Source: Planctomycetota bacterium (GTDB taxonomy: Bacteria > Planctomycetota > UBA1135 > UBA2386). Taken from it: DNA of 64,000 nt. Each line of letters begins with the position of its first letter. The stretch's first letter is position 1. The notes below the pieces were generated by a model. That model worked only from the letters and a program-made list of their open reading frames with translations, had not been told where the DNA came from and ran no database searches. The stretch is taken from NCBI GenBank assembly GCA_965228735.1, contig OZ245838.1:3424001-3488000 (forward strand), read 5' to 3'. Shown one piece after another: positions 18,020 through 31,025 of this stretch. Made by a program: the position numbers and the translations under genes.

Positions 18020-19192
18020 TCACAGCACGGTGCTGATGCCCGGGTTGCTGGCCTGCAGCGTGTTCGCGTTCGCGTCGTGGCCCACGGCCTGCCAGGCGAA
18101 CTGCGTGCCGACGAACGCCGGGTTGTTGGGCACCGCCACCGAGGCCGTCAGCGGCTGACCGGCCGGTGGCACACCGAACGCAACGAACGCGAAGACGGTC
18201 GGGTCGAGCCACAGTTCGTCGACGACGCCCGCGATCGCGAGCGGTGGACCGCGGAAACCGAGCACCACGATCAATGGGTCGCCGGCGGCAGTCCGGGCCG
18301 CGGCGGTGAAGCTGCCACCGGGTGGCGCGTCGGTCGCCACGAGAGCCGGCAAGCTGCGGGCAAGGGGTGCCGGAGCATTGCCGATGACGTGCACCGCCGG
18401 GTCGAGCCGGAACGCACTCAGCGAATGGACCGCTATGGCCACCGGCGGCCCGATGAGAGGACTGTATACCGCGCCACGCAGGATCCGGACGTTCGAGGTC
18501 GAGCCCACGACGTCGACACCCGGCGAGCCACCGACGAGGACGCCATTGCTGAACGAGCCAAGACCACCCGAGATCATGTTGTCGGCGAGCACGATCGTGC
18601 CGCCGAGGATCGTGACTCCGGGGGTCGAGCTCGACGAGTGGAACGAGATCCCGCGGCCTCGCAGCGCACAGCCGTCGATCGTCGCGGCGCAGACCACGAG
18701 CTCGACGTGACCTTCGACCGAGCAGTCTCGAATCATCAACTGGTCACAGCTGCTGGCACGCAGCGAGCTCTGGAACGCGCACTGCGGCCCCAGACAGCCT
18801 TGCGCCAGGAACTCGAGATCGGCGAGCAGCACGAGGTCCGCGCAGTCGGTCAGCACGAGCTGGGAGAGCACGGTCTGATTGACGTAGAGCGGACTGGCCA
18901 AGGTCAGCCCGCGCAGCTCGACCGGCTGGCCGATCTGCGTCGCGGTGATCGCGATCTGGCCGTCGATCGTCACCCCAGGCTCGCCGCGAATCGCGAACCC
19001 CTTGCCGGCGACCGAGAAGCCGGCGTAGCTGCCAGCGCGCACGACGAGAGTGGCTCCCGACGGAACCGCGGCCACGGCCGCGGTGAGCGTCGTGAAGTGC
19101 GTGCCAGGGCCGCCGGCCGCGTCGACGACGAACGTCTGGCTCGGCACGGCGGCGGCAAGCAGAACGAGCCCGAGGGCGGCGGTGCGCAGCAT
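18020..19192 (-). CDS. Secreted parallel beta-helix-like protein with C-terminal domain
   Basis: Signal peptide, the 'TFVVDAAGGPGTHFTTLTAAVAAVPSGATLVVRAGSY' start typical of beta-helix proteins, and C-terminal 'VPNNPAFVGTQFAWQA...ASNP'. Confidence 0.75.
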   Translation of the reverse strand: MLRTAALGLVLLAAAVPSQTFVVDAAGGPGTHFTTLTAAVAAVPSGATLVVRAGSYAGFSVAGKGFAIRGEPGVTIDGQIAITATQIGQPVELRGLTLASPLYVNQTVLSQLVLTDCADLVLLADLEFLAQGCLGPQCAFQSSLRASSCDQLMIRDCSVEGHVELVVCAATIDGCALRGRGISFHSSSSTPGVTILGGTIVLADNMISGGLGSFSNGVLVGGSPGVDVVGSTSNVRILRGAVYSPLIGPPVAIAVHSLSAFRLDPAVHVIGNAPAPLARSLPALVATDAPPGGSFTAAARTAAGDPLIVVLGFRGPPLAIAGVVDELWLDPTVFAFVAFGVPPAGQPLTASVAVPNNPAFVGTQFAWQAVGHDANANTLQASNPGISTVL

Positions 19193-19276
19193 CGTGACAT
19201 CGTATCGGTATCCCGATGCGCTAGCTGATTCTGGCCGGCGCCGTCGACCTTCTGACCGGCTCCCCTTCGAGCGCGC

Positions 19277-20287
19277 TCACCGCATGCGCGGCGGCCGCAC
19301 GAGCAGGTTGCGCAGCAGGCGGGCGTTGCCCGGGTGTTCTCTCAGCCAGTTCCACCACAACGACACGCCGAGCGTGACGACCTCGCCGCCGCTGCGGGTG
19401 CGGGTGTAAGCGGCGAACGGTCCCGCGATGCTGTCGACCAGTGGTACCCCCCGTTCCTCTTCGATCCGAATCGTGGCCGGCCGCCGCACGACAACGGACT
19501 CGACGCCGACGGTCAGTGGATGTTCGGTCACCGCATCGAAAGTGATCGGACCGATTCCGAGTGGCGCGCGATCGATCATGGTCAACCCGAACGGCTCACA
19601 AACCCGGTTCGCCCCCCTGACCGTGTTCTCGTAGAACGAGTTGGCGCATAGGACGACGCGCCCGCCACCGCAAACGAAGCCCTGCAGCCGAGCCGCGTCG
19701 CCGTCCGTCAATCGCGTGAGTGACGACTCACCGACCAGAACGATGTCGACGCGTGCCAGGTGCTCCGGCGCAAACGGGCTCTCGCTCGGACGGCGAAGGC
19801 GATAGTCGACGTCGAAGCGGCCACGCGCGACGAAGTCACGCCAGGCGTCGAACGCGGCCACCTCGTTCGACGCGTAGGTCTCGAACGGTGATTCCGCGAC
19901 GAGGATGCGGCTGCCGCGCGGCGGGCTCTCACGAACGGTCCACCGGACCTTGATGATGGCGCGTTCCCTCCCGCGGACCACGGGGATCTCGCGTGTGAAC
20001 TCACCTTCGACACTCGTCGGAACAGCGAAACCCAGCTCGGTGACGATCTCATCCTTGCCACGTCGATAGGTTCGTTCGAGCAGCGGCCGAAACCCCGACG
20101 GCAGTTCGGTCTTCGGATCCGGCTGACGCTCCATGTCCGTCCACCAGATCCCGGTCGACGCTTCGCAGACCGAACCGACGCACAGCGTGCCGAGCTCGAG
20201 CACCGGCGGCTGGACCCGGGGTGCCGCATCCTGCGCGAGGACGGATCCGGTCGGGACCATGAGGAGCCACACCGCGAGAGCACGCAT
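19277..20287 (-). CDS. Secreted protein with Ig-like and class-I glutamine amidotransferase-like (DUF4350-like) domain
   Basis: Signal peptide (VLA-Q), 'LTDGDAARLQGFVCGGGRVVL', 'HPLTVGV' and 'NARLLRNLL'. Confidence 0.65.
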   Translation of the reverse strand: MRALAVWLLMVPTGSVLAQDAAPRVQPPVLELGTLCVGSVCEASTGIWWTDMERQPDPKTELPSGFRPLLERTYRRGKDEIVTELGFAVPTSVEGEFTREIPVVRGRERAIIKVRWTVRESPPRGSRILVAESPFETYASNEVAAFDAWRDFVARGRFDVDYRLRRPSESPFAPEHLARVDIVLVGESSLTRLTDGDAARLQGFVCGGGRVVLCANSFYENTVRGANRVCEPFGLTMIDRAPLGIGPITFDAVTEHPLTVGVESVVVRRPATIRIEEERGVPLVDSIAGPFAAYTRTRSGGEVVTLGVSLWWNWLREHPGNARLLRNLLVRPPRMR

Positions 20288-20475
20288 GACGGCGGAACAT
20301 ACCGCGGTCAATCGCGTTCATGTTCGGGCAGATTGCGGCAGCCCCACTCACACCCGGTCCGAGCGCCCGGGTCTGCCATCATGCCGTCGAGCAGCGCCTG
20401 GGCCTCGTCGTCCGCCCGACCCGTTCCCACTCCCACGCCGCGTTCTTCACCCGCGACGGGTTACCTCTGCCGCAC

Positions 20476-20525
20476 CGCACCGGGAGAGCGGCGCACGGGG
20501 AGTGGCGCACGGGGAGTGGCGCACG
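20476..20525. repeat. 14-bp tandem repeat downstream of ileS
   Basis: GGCGCACGGGGAGT x2 plus partial and degenerate flanking copies. Confidence 0.8.
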
Positions 20526-20556
20526 AACTCGGCGCGCGTGACGACGGCCGTTCGGA

Positions 20557-23715
<3,159 letters not shown>

Positions 23716-23781
23716 CGGGGTGAGCAGTGTGACGACTCACCCCCTCGTTGGCAATCGCGAGGGTCCCTCGGGGCCCGTCGG

Positions 23782-26736
23782 TCAGCGCACCCGTCGGAGT
23801 TCGACCACCGCGGCGGCGTGGCGCCGAGCCAACGAACCGACGACGACCTCGCCCCGCCAACCGGCGCCCGACTCGGCCTGGACGTCGAGGTCGAACGTGC
23901 CGACGGGCAAGAACGCCATCACGCTCGGTGGCGCGTCACGCAGCACCGTGAACTCACCGAACACGCGGCCGTCGCGGCGCCGGCGCAGGCCGATGTGCAG
24001 CACCTCGTGGCCGAACGCCTCGTCGGCCTTCAGAGCGAGCGCGCGACGGGTGACGGCTTCGACCTCGAGGTCGAGCTCGGTTGCCTCGCCTTCTTCGACC
24101 TCGAACGGCACGCCGTTGACCCATGCGAAGTCCTCGCCCATCGCGTAGAGCCGGAACGAACCGACGGGCACCCGCAGCTCACCGGTCGCTGATTCGGCCC
24201 GTGCGTAGCGCCGGGGTGCCGGCGCGCTGACGACGGTGACCACGGCGCCCGCGATGGGCCGGCCGTCGCTGCGCCGCAGTCGATACCGGACGAGGCCGCT
24301 CGGACCCGCCCGCAACACCACGTCGGCAGGAACGCCCGCAGCGAGGACGACGTGGTCGTTCCGCACCGCGGGCTGCGTCGGGTCCGTGCTCTCGACGAAC
24401 ACGGAGTAGGAGCCCGGCGCGAGCGCCGGAACGGCGAAGTAACCGCTTCGGTCCGTGCTCGCGCACTCCCAGAACACGTCGGTGTGACAGCGCAGGTAGA
24501 CCCGCCCGAACGGGATCGGCGTATCGCCGACGCCGAGGCAGCGGCCGCGGAGCCCGGCGGTCGGCCGCCACCGCTCCGGCACGGTCACGGCGACACCCGT
24601 GCTCGTCGTGCGGATGCTCCCGGGCTCGACGTCGTGCCACACCGGATCGCCCGCGGCCCGCACGCGCAGCCGCACCGGCCCCTCGCGCTCCCGCAGGTCA
24701 CACCGGCCGTCCTCGTCGGTGACCGCCTCCTCGACGCTCGGGATCAACGCCGAACGCGTGCTGGTCTGACAACGCACGTTCCACCCCGCGGCCGGCGCGC
24801 CATCCGAGAAGGCAACCTCGGCCACGAACCGCGGCTCGATCGGCAACTCGATCACGAGCGGATCCTGCGCGCCGACGCCGCCGTCGAGCACGACGCGGCG
24901 AGCAGCGTGGCCCGGCGCGCGCGCGCACACGACTCCGTGGCCCGCCGGCAGATCGAACCGGAACGTGCCGTCCGCCGCGACCTGCAACCCGACGACCTGA
25001 TCGCGGTCCGGCCCGCGATAGACGACCTCGGCGCTCGCCAGCGCGGCGCCTGCCGAGTCGATTACCCGGCCCCGCAGCGTGCGGGCTTCGCGCATCGTGA
25101 GGGCCAGTTCGACGGTCTCGTCGGTCGCGATCGTGACCGATCTGGCGACCGCCTGCCGCCCCCGGACGCGGGCGTAGATCTCGTGCTCACCCGGCGGCAG
25201 CCAGAGCGGCCCGAACCGGCCGTGAGCATCCGTTCGCACGGTCACCGTCGGCGCCGCCTGCATCTCGACTCCGTCCGGCAATCCCACGGCCGCGAACTCC
25301 GGCGCCGCACCAGCGGTCACGGCGACGTCCGCGCACGGGCGACCGGCCGGATCGCACAGCGTCCCCGAGACCGCGCCGGCCGGCGCGAGGCGCAGCCTGA
25401 GTTCGCCACCATCGCGCGCGCACGGCCGCGGCGGCGCCACGGCGTGCGGAGCCATGGCAGCAACGATCGCGACCCGCGGCATCGCGCCCAGGGCGAATCG
25501 ACCCGCAGCGTCCGTGCGAGTCACCACGCCGCCGCCGAACGCATCGTCGACGGCCGCGAGCCAGACAGCGGCCCCCGCGGCGGGCTCACCATCGCGACCG
25601 ATCACGACGCCGCGCCGGGTGGGCCCGTTCGCGACCAGCTGCACGACGCCGGCGTCGCGCGCGGGGTCGAGCGACCGCTCCTGACCACGGTCGCTGCGCA
25701 GCCGCACGCGTCGCCCGATCAACCCGTCGAACCGAACGCTGCCGTCGATCGCCGTGACACCGCGGCGGCGCGCGGCGAGCGGGTCTTCACCGCTGACCGG
25801 CTCGACCCATACGCCGACCCCGGGAACCGCTTCGCCGTCGCGGTCGCGAACCTGCACGACGAGGCCGTTCCCGGCCGTCTTCGAAGCTGCCGGCATCGGT
25901 ACCGGAAACCGCGAGTCAATCGCGGCATCGGCAGCATGCGGGGTCGCGTCACCCCGCGGGTCGCCCGCCGGGTCACCCCCGGAGTCACGCTGGGCCACGG
26001 CCGCGCCCCGCGGCGCGGGTTCCGAGGCCCCGGAGAAGGGCACGACGGCCAGCGCGACGACGACGAGCGCCGCGACGGCGCCGAACGAGGTCGCCCGAGC
26101 CGGCCCCCGCCCCCACCAACGTCGCGGGCACGCGCTGGTCCGTTGCCCAGGAACGGCGGTCGCGAGCAACAACGCCAACAACGCCGGCGTCAATCCTCGC
26201 GGCAACCGCCGCCGCAGTTCGCGGAGGCCGCGAAACAGGTGAACCCGCGTCGTCGCCTGCAGCCGGCCGAGACGCCTGCTGACCTCGCGCGGCGTCAGGC
26301 CTTCGAGCACGTGGAGCTCGAGCGCGACCCGATAGTGCTCCGGCACGCTCGCGATCGCACGCCGGAGCAGGGCGTGCAGTTCGCTGCCCGCGGCCGCGTC
26401 GACCGGGCTGTCGGTCGACGCCGAGCGATCGAGTGCCCACGCCTGCTGATGGCGATGCCGCCGGGCCTCGCTGCGAACGTGGTTGGCGATCTTGCGCGTG
26501 AGGATGCCCTGCAGCCACGGCAAGAGCGGCTGCGACGCATCGTACGCCGCCGACCGCTGCACCGCCGTCACCATCGTCTCGTGCACGAGCTCCTCGACGA
26601 GGTCCGCGGAGAGGGCGAACCGCATGGCGAAGCTGCGGAGCCGCGGCGAACAACGCCGGACGACCGCGGCCAGCGCGTTCTCGTCGCCGTCGTCGAGGAA
26701 GCGGCGGAACAGGATCTCGTGTGTGTCGACGGCCAC
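23782..26736 (-). CDS. ECF sigma-70 factor fused to TM segment and carboxypeptidase-regulatory-like (Ig) repeats
   Basis: N-terminal sigma regions 2 and 4 ('LVEELVHET...LLPWLQGI', 'LEGLTPREVS...RVHLFRGLRELRRRL'), a hydrophobic segment, then repeated 'GxVxDxxGxP...TDxxGRF' domains. GTG start. Confidence 0.8.
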   Translation of the reverse strand: MAVDTHEILFRRFLDDGDENALAAVVRRCSPRLRSFAMRFALSADLVEELVHETMVTAVQRSAAYDASQPLLPWLQGILTRKIANHVRSEARRHRHQQAWALDRSASTDSPVDAAAGSELHALLRRAIASVPEHYRVALELHVLEGLTPREVSRRLGRLQATTRVHLFRGLRELRRRLPRGLTPALLALLLATAVPGQRTSACPRRWWGRGPARATSFGAVAALVVVALAVVPFSGASEPAPRGAAVAQRDSGGDPAGDPRGDATPHAADAAIDSRFPVPMPAASKTAGNGLVVQVRDRDGEAVPGVGVWVEPVSGEDPLAARRRGVTAIDGSVRFDGLIGRRVRLRSDRGQERSLDPARDAGVVQLVANGPTRRGVVIGRDGEPAAGAAVWLAAVDDAFGGGVVTRTDAAGRFALGAMPRVAIVAAMAPHAVAPPRPCARDGGELRLRLAPAGAVSGTLCDPAGRPCADVAVTAGAAPEFAAVGLPDGVEMQAAPTVTVRTDAHGRFGPLWLPPGEHEIYARVRGRQAVARSVTIATDETVELALTMREARTLRGRVIDSAGAALASAEVVYRGPDRDQVVGLQVAADGTFRFDLPAGHGVVCARAPGHAARRVVLDGGVGAQDPLVIELPIEPRFVAEVAFSDGAPAAGWNVRCQTSTRSALIPSVEEAVTDEDGRCDLREREGPVRLRVRAAGDPVWHDVEPGSIRTTSTGVAVTVPERWRPTAGLRGRCLGVGDTPIPFGRVYLRCHTDVFWECASTDRSGYFAVPALAPGSYSVFVESTDPTQPAVRNDHVVLAAGVPADVVLRAGPSGLVRYRLRRSDGRPIAGAVVTVVSAPAPRRYARAESATGELRVPVGSFRLYAMGEDFAWVNGVPFEVEEGEATELDLEVEAVTRRALALKADEAFGHEVLHIGLRRRRDGRVFGEFTVLRDAPPSVMAFLPVGTFDLDVQAESGAGWRGEVVVGSLARRHAAAVVELRRVR

Positions 26737-26740
26737 CCGG

Positions 26741-27859
26741 CTACTGGATGATGCGGACCGCGGCGGGCTCGGAGGCCGCGACCGTCGGATAGTACGTGAA
26801 CCACGCGAAGTTCACGGTTTGTCCGAGCAAGACCGCCGGCACCGGGACCTGGGTATCGAACGACGCATTCGCCGTACCGTCGGCCGACAACGTGCCGAGG
26901 AATCCCGGCAGCGCCGCGGTGCCGAGGCCGCCCGCAAGCGCGCCGAGGAACCAGTCGGAGTTGAGCGGCAGCGTCACGCCGCCGAGCGGGATGCCGGGCG
27001 TCGTCCCGGAGATCGACCCGAGCAGCGCGTACGCATCGCCGGCGCCCTCGCCGTAGAGCCGCAGCGTGAGCGTCTCGCGGCGGTTGATCCGCAGTTCTTC
27101 GAGATCGACGGAGAGGCTGTTCGGGGCCGTCCGTTCGCGGACCGTGAAGTTGTCGAAGACGAGGCTGTCGTCACCGGCGCCATGGAGCGTGAGCTGCGTG
27201 AAGCCGTGCGCCGGCAGGTTGGTGAGCGTCGCGGTCGGCTGACCCGTCGCGACGAGCTGACCGTCGATGTAGAGCGCGGTCGCGTCGCCGATGATGTCGA
27301 CGACGGTGCGCGTGTGATGCCAGGTGTCACGCGTCACGAAGTAGCCGGTCGGACTCCAGACGCGATTGCTCGTCGACATGAAGTGCACCTCACCGTCGCT
27401 CTGGATGTCCCAGAGGAGCTGCGAGGACCACGGGTGCGGCGCCGGCTGGGTGTAGAACCCCCACGCCGTCGAGGGCTGGCTGCTGCTCGTCAGGTAGAAG
27501 TCGAACTCGACCTCGATCACGCCGGTCGAGAGGTTGAAGAGCGCGTTCCGGCGCAGCTCGCCGGTCGCGCCTGGCGCCATCTGCGACGCGTCCCAGCGAA
27601 CGGCCTGTTCGCCGCTGCGGACGACCGTCGATTGGATCTGCGCGGCGGCCAGATTGGGGATGCCCTGGACGCTGTCGAACAGCATCCAGCCATCCTGCCC
27701 GCTGGTCATCGAGATGCCGGGCAACGCGCCGGGCACGTAGCGCGGCGCCTCGAACGAGCCGGCCGAGAACGACCCGTACTGACTTTGCGCCGAAGCGGCA
27801 TCGAGCGGCAGGAGGAGGAGAACGGAGAGCGGGAGAGATCCCGAGAGCAGGTGTTTCAT
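26741..27859 (-). CDS. Secreted concanavalin/LamG-like protein with C-terminal domain
   Basis: Signal peptide (ASA-Q), 'DTWHHTRTVVD...LYIDGQLV' beta-sandwich motif and a C-terminal 'YALLGSISGTTPG...LPLNSD' domain. Confidence 0.75.
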   Translation of the reverse strand: MKHLLSGSLPLSVLLLLPLDAASAQSQYGSFSAGSFEAPRYVPGALPGISMTSGQDGWMLFDSVQGIPNLAAAQIQSTVVRSGEQAVRWDASQMAPGATGELRRNALFNLSTGVIEVEFDFYLTSSSQPSTAWGFYTQPAPHPWSSQLLWDIQSDGEVHFMSTSNRVWSPTGYFVTRDTWHHTRTVVDIIGDATALYIDGQLVATGQPTATLTNLPAHGFTQLTLHGAGDDSLVFDNFTVRERTAPNSLSVDLEELRINRRETLTLRLYGEGAGDAYALLGSISGTTPGIPLGGVTLPLNSDWFLGALAGGLGTAALPGFLGTLSADGTANASFDTQVPVPAVLLGQTVNFAWFTYYPTVAASEPAAVRIIQ

Positions 27860-27966
27860 CGCGATCGAGAGGCGACCAGGGGAAATGGGGGGTCCCCGGG
27901 TTGGCCCGCGAGCGAACGACCGTTTCAGAATTCCCGATCAGTCGATCGGGTGCGTACCTACCCGCC

Positions 27967-28641
27967 CTACAGCCGCACCGTCATGCCGAAGAGGACGCCG
28001 CTCATGTCGATGTCGACGTCGCCGTTCGTGGCCGTGATGTCGTCGTATTCGCCCTCCCAGTCGTGATAGGCGACGAAGAGGTCGAGCTCCTCGGTGGGCG
28101 TGAACTTCAGGCCGGCCTCGAAGTGGCCGGCGTAGCCGTCGTCGAGCAGGTGCGCCTTGGCCCGCATGTAGGGGCCGATCCACTCGCGCAGGCGGACGCG
28201 GGCTTCGAAGCCGAAGAACGGGCCGTAGTAGTTCTTGCGGACGTCGAACATCGGGTTGTCGTCGAACTCGATCCGGTCGACGCCGAAGCCGAACAGGCCG
28301 AAGGCCTCGACGCGGCGCGCGCGGAAGCCCGGCTTGTAGGCCACGCCGGCGTGCGCGAGCCGGTAGTCGGCGTCGCCGAGGCCGCCGCCGAGGTCGGTGT
28401 CACCGAGTCCGCCCGTGACGTCGAGCTCGAAGTACTGGCGAAATCCGCCGCGGCGCCCGTTCTCCGGGCGCGGGCCCGACATCGGGGCCGACAGATCGAA
28501 GTCGAAGCGCGCCGCCGCGAACACGGCGCCGGTGTCCTCGGCGTCCACATCCGAACTCACGCAGCCGCCGAGGCCCAGGAACACCACGACGGAGAACACC
28601 GTGGCGAGGAGCGGACAGACCATCGTTCGCCGGGTCGTCAT
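27967..28641 (-). CDS. Putative outer-membrane beta-barrel (lipo)protein
   Basis: Lipobox-like LGGC, alternating aromatic/hydrophobic strands and a terminal strand 'GVLFGMTVRL'. Confidence 0.65.
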   Translation of the reverse strand: MTTRRTMVCPLLATVFSVVVFLGLGGCVSSDVDAEDTGAVFAAARFDFDLSAPMSGPRPENGRRGGFRQYFELDVTGGLGDTDLGGGLGDADYRLAHAGVAYKPGFRARRVEAFGLFGFGVDRIEFDDNPMFDVRKNYYGPFFGFEARVRLREWIGPYMRAKAHLLDDGYAGHFEAGLKFTPTEELDLFVAYHDWEGEYDDITATNGDVDIDMSGVLFGMTVRL

Positions 28642-28712
28642 GGCCGCGCAGTGTAGTTGGCGGCGGACCGCGAATCCCCCCTTCGGCCGAGCGGCGTGCT
28701 CCTCCAGACCGT

Positions 28713-29210
28713 TTACCGCTGATCCTCGGGCAACGATCCGTGGTCCATGACCTCGACCGAGTTGCCCCACGGATCGACGACGTAGACCGAGCGGGTGCCG
28801 TCGCGGTGCGCGGTCAGCGGGCCGAACTTCTTGGCATCCTTGCGCACGACGCAGAGATGCGGCGGGTGCTGTTGCGGCACCACGAGCGCGAGGCGCAGGT
28901 TGTCGAACCGCAGCATCGCCCAAGTCGCGTCCTGATACTCGACCTCACAGCCGAACACGGATGCATACCACTCCGCCGCCGCCTTGATGTCCTCGACCTG
29001 GACCGCGACGTGATGCACCGTGCTCGTGCGGCGGTCCTTGACCGAGCTCGCGACGAAGTCGAGGCGCGCATCGGGGTGCGCGAGCAGGCGCCGGACCTCC
29101 GCCGCTGTCGCAGGATCGCTCGCCGCGACCTTTTGCAGCATGCGCTCGCGTTCGGCTTCGGGCAGGTCGAGCGCCAGCTCGAAGTATTGATCGACGTCGG
29201 ACATGTCCAT
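28713..29210 (-). CDS. VOC (glyoxalase-like) protein with extra N-terminal helical domain
   Basis: 'VHHVAVQVEDIKAAAEWY...HRDGTRSVYVVDPWGNSVE' is a VOC signature, preceded by ~65 aa 'DQYFELALDLPEAERERML...AEVRRLL'. Confidence 0.85.
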   Translation of the reverse strand: MDMSDVDQYFELALDLPEAERERMLQKVAASDPATAAEVRRLLAHPDARLDFVASSVKDRRTSTVHHVAVQVEDIKAAAEWYASVFGCEVEYQDATWAMLRFDNLRLALVVPQQHPPHLCVVRKDAKKFGPLTAHRDGTRSVYVVDPWGNSVEVMDHGSLPEDQR

Positions 29211-29315
29211 GGGCGTTCTCTGACTTGCGATTCTCCGAATCGTCTCGGCCGGATGCAATCGGGTGGGCGCTCCCGGGGGGTGTCCACCCTTCGGCGAATC
29301 ACCCATGATGCCGCC

Positions 29316-30923
29316 ATGAAGGAGCCAATTCTCGCCGCGATGGTCGTCACGGTTCTCGCGCCGAACGCGTTCGCCCAGGCCCCCGGCCTGCGCATCTTTC
29401 AATCCATCCCCGCCGGCGAGACGCGGATCGTCGACAACCAGGGCACGATCGTGAAGACCTACCCCGGCACCGGCGCGCTGACCGCGCACGTGATGCCAGA
29501 CGGCACGCTCGTGCGCGCGATCCAGATCGGCGGGCTCACCGTGACGGGCATGACGGGGCGGATCGAGCGGCTCGCGTTCGACGGCACGCTCCTCTGGCAA
29601 TACCAGCTGGCCGGGCCGTTCCGCTACGCGCATCACGACATCGAACCGATGCCGAACGGCAACGTGCTCGTGATCGCGTGGGATCGCCGCACGCGCGACG
29701 ACGCGATCGCGGCCGGGCGCGACCCGGCGTCGGCGACGGCGCCGGACTTCCTGCCCGACTCCATCCTCGAGATCCAGCAGACGGGCCCGACGACGGGGAA
29801 CATCGTCTGGGAGTGGCACATCTGGGATCACCTGATCCAGGACTTCGACCCGACGAAGGCGAACTACGGCGACGTCGCCGCCCACCCCGAACTCGTCGAC
29901 ATCAACTACCCCCCGCTCGTGCTAGGTGACGGTGACTGGAACCACGCCAACGGTCTGGACTACGACCCGGTGAACGACTGGATCATCCTGAGCTCGCGGG
30001 CGCAGGACGAGATCTACCTGATCGATCATTCGACGACGACCGCGGAGGCGGCGGATCACACGGGCGGTCGGCGCGGCAAGGGCGGCGACATCCTCTACCG
30101 CTGGGGCAACCCGGCGGCCTACCGCGCGGGCACGGCAGCGCACCAACAGCTCGACGGGCAACACGACCCGCGGTTCATCCCGCCGGGTTTCCCGGGCGCT
30201 GGCAATCTCACGGTCTTCAACAACGTCTACCAGGCGGGGCAGTCCGCGGTTCACGAGCTCACCCTGCCGCTCGATCCGCAGGGCAACATCGAGCTCGATC
30301 CGACGACCGGGCGATACGGGCCGACCGCGCCGACGTGGACGTTCACCGAGGCCGGCTTCTTCTCGCAGGTGACGTCGAGCGCCGAGCGCCTGCCGACCGG
30401 CAACACGCTGATCTGCAGCGGCACGCAGCGAGAGTTGCGCGAGGTCACGCCGGCCGGTCAGACGGTGTGGCTGTTCGCGGATCCGTCGAACCCGTTCCTG
30501 CTGTTCCAGACCCACTACGTCGAACGCGCGCTCTGGGCCTCGCGCGCGAAGCTGCCGATCGCTGGCGGTCACGTCGCGTTCGATCTGCTGACCGGGTCGG
30601 CGCACGCCGGCGAGACCTATCTGCTGCTCGGTTCGATCTCGGGAACGGGCCCGGGAACGCTGCTCCCCGGGGGTGTCGTCCTGCCACTCAACCTCGACTA
30701 CTTCACCCTGGCCATGGCGACCACGTTCAACAACGCGCTGTTCGTCGACAACGTCGGCGCGCTCGATGCGGTCGGCGGCGGCAGGGCCGCGATCGTCGCG
30801 CCCCCCGGGCTGATCCCCACCGCACTCGTCGGGATCGACATGGACTTCGCCTACGTCACCTGGGACGCGGCGTTCTCGCCGGTGCGCGCCAGCAACCCCG
30901 TGCGGGTCACGATCGTGCGGTAG
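29316..30923 (+). CDS. Aryl-sulfate sulfotransferase-like secreted protein with C-terminal domain
   Basis: Signal peptide (AFA-Q), 'HHDIEPMPNGN', 'IVWEWH.WDH', 'DWNHANGLDY', 'LYRWGNP', 'QHD' and 'SAERLPTGNTLI'. Confidence 0.88.
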   Translation: MKEPILAAMVVTVLAPNAFAQAPGLRIFQSIPAGETRIVDNQGTIVKTYPGTGALTAHVMPDGTLVRAIQIGGLTVTGMTGRIERLAFDGTLLWQYQLAGPFRYAHHDIEPMPNGNVLVIAWDRRTRDDAIAAGRDPASATAPDFLPDSILEIQQTGPTTGNIVWEWHIWDHLIQDFDPTKANYGDVAAHPELVDINYPPLVLGDGDWNHANGLDYDPVNDWIILSSRAQDEIYLIDHSTTTAEAADHTGGRRGKGGDILYRWGNPAAYRAGTAAHQQLDGQHDPRFIPPGFPGAGNLTVFNNVYQAGQSAVHELTLPLDPQGNIELDPTTGRYGPTAPTWTFTEAGFFSQVTSSAERLPTGNTLICSGTQRELREVTPAGQTVWLFADPSNPFLLFQTHYVERALWASRAKLPIAGGHVAFDLLTGSAHAGETYLLLGSISGTGPGTLLPGGVVLPLNLDYFTLAMATTFNNALFVDNVGALDAVGGGRAAIVAPPGLIPTALVGIDMDFAYVTWDAAFSPVRASNPVRVTIVR

Positions 30924-31025
30924 CCTGCTGCTGGCGATTGCGCCGCAGCAGTAACGCGTTCCGCCGCTCGCATCGCTGCATTCCGGTGGGCTTGCGCAAA
31001 CCCGGCGCCCGGCAATGCTGAGCCG

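Noticed and set aside
20312..20475. Small ORF or gene remnant between ileS and the 19277 gene
   Set aside because: No frame gives a recognisable protein or a clear RBS.
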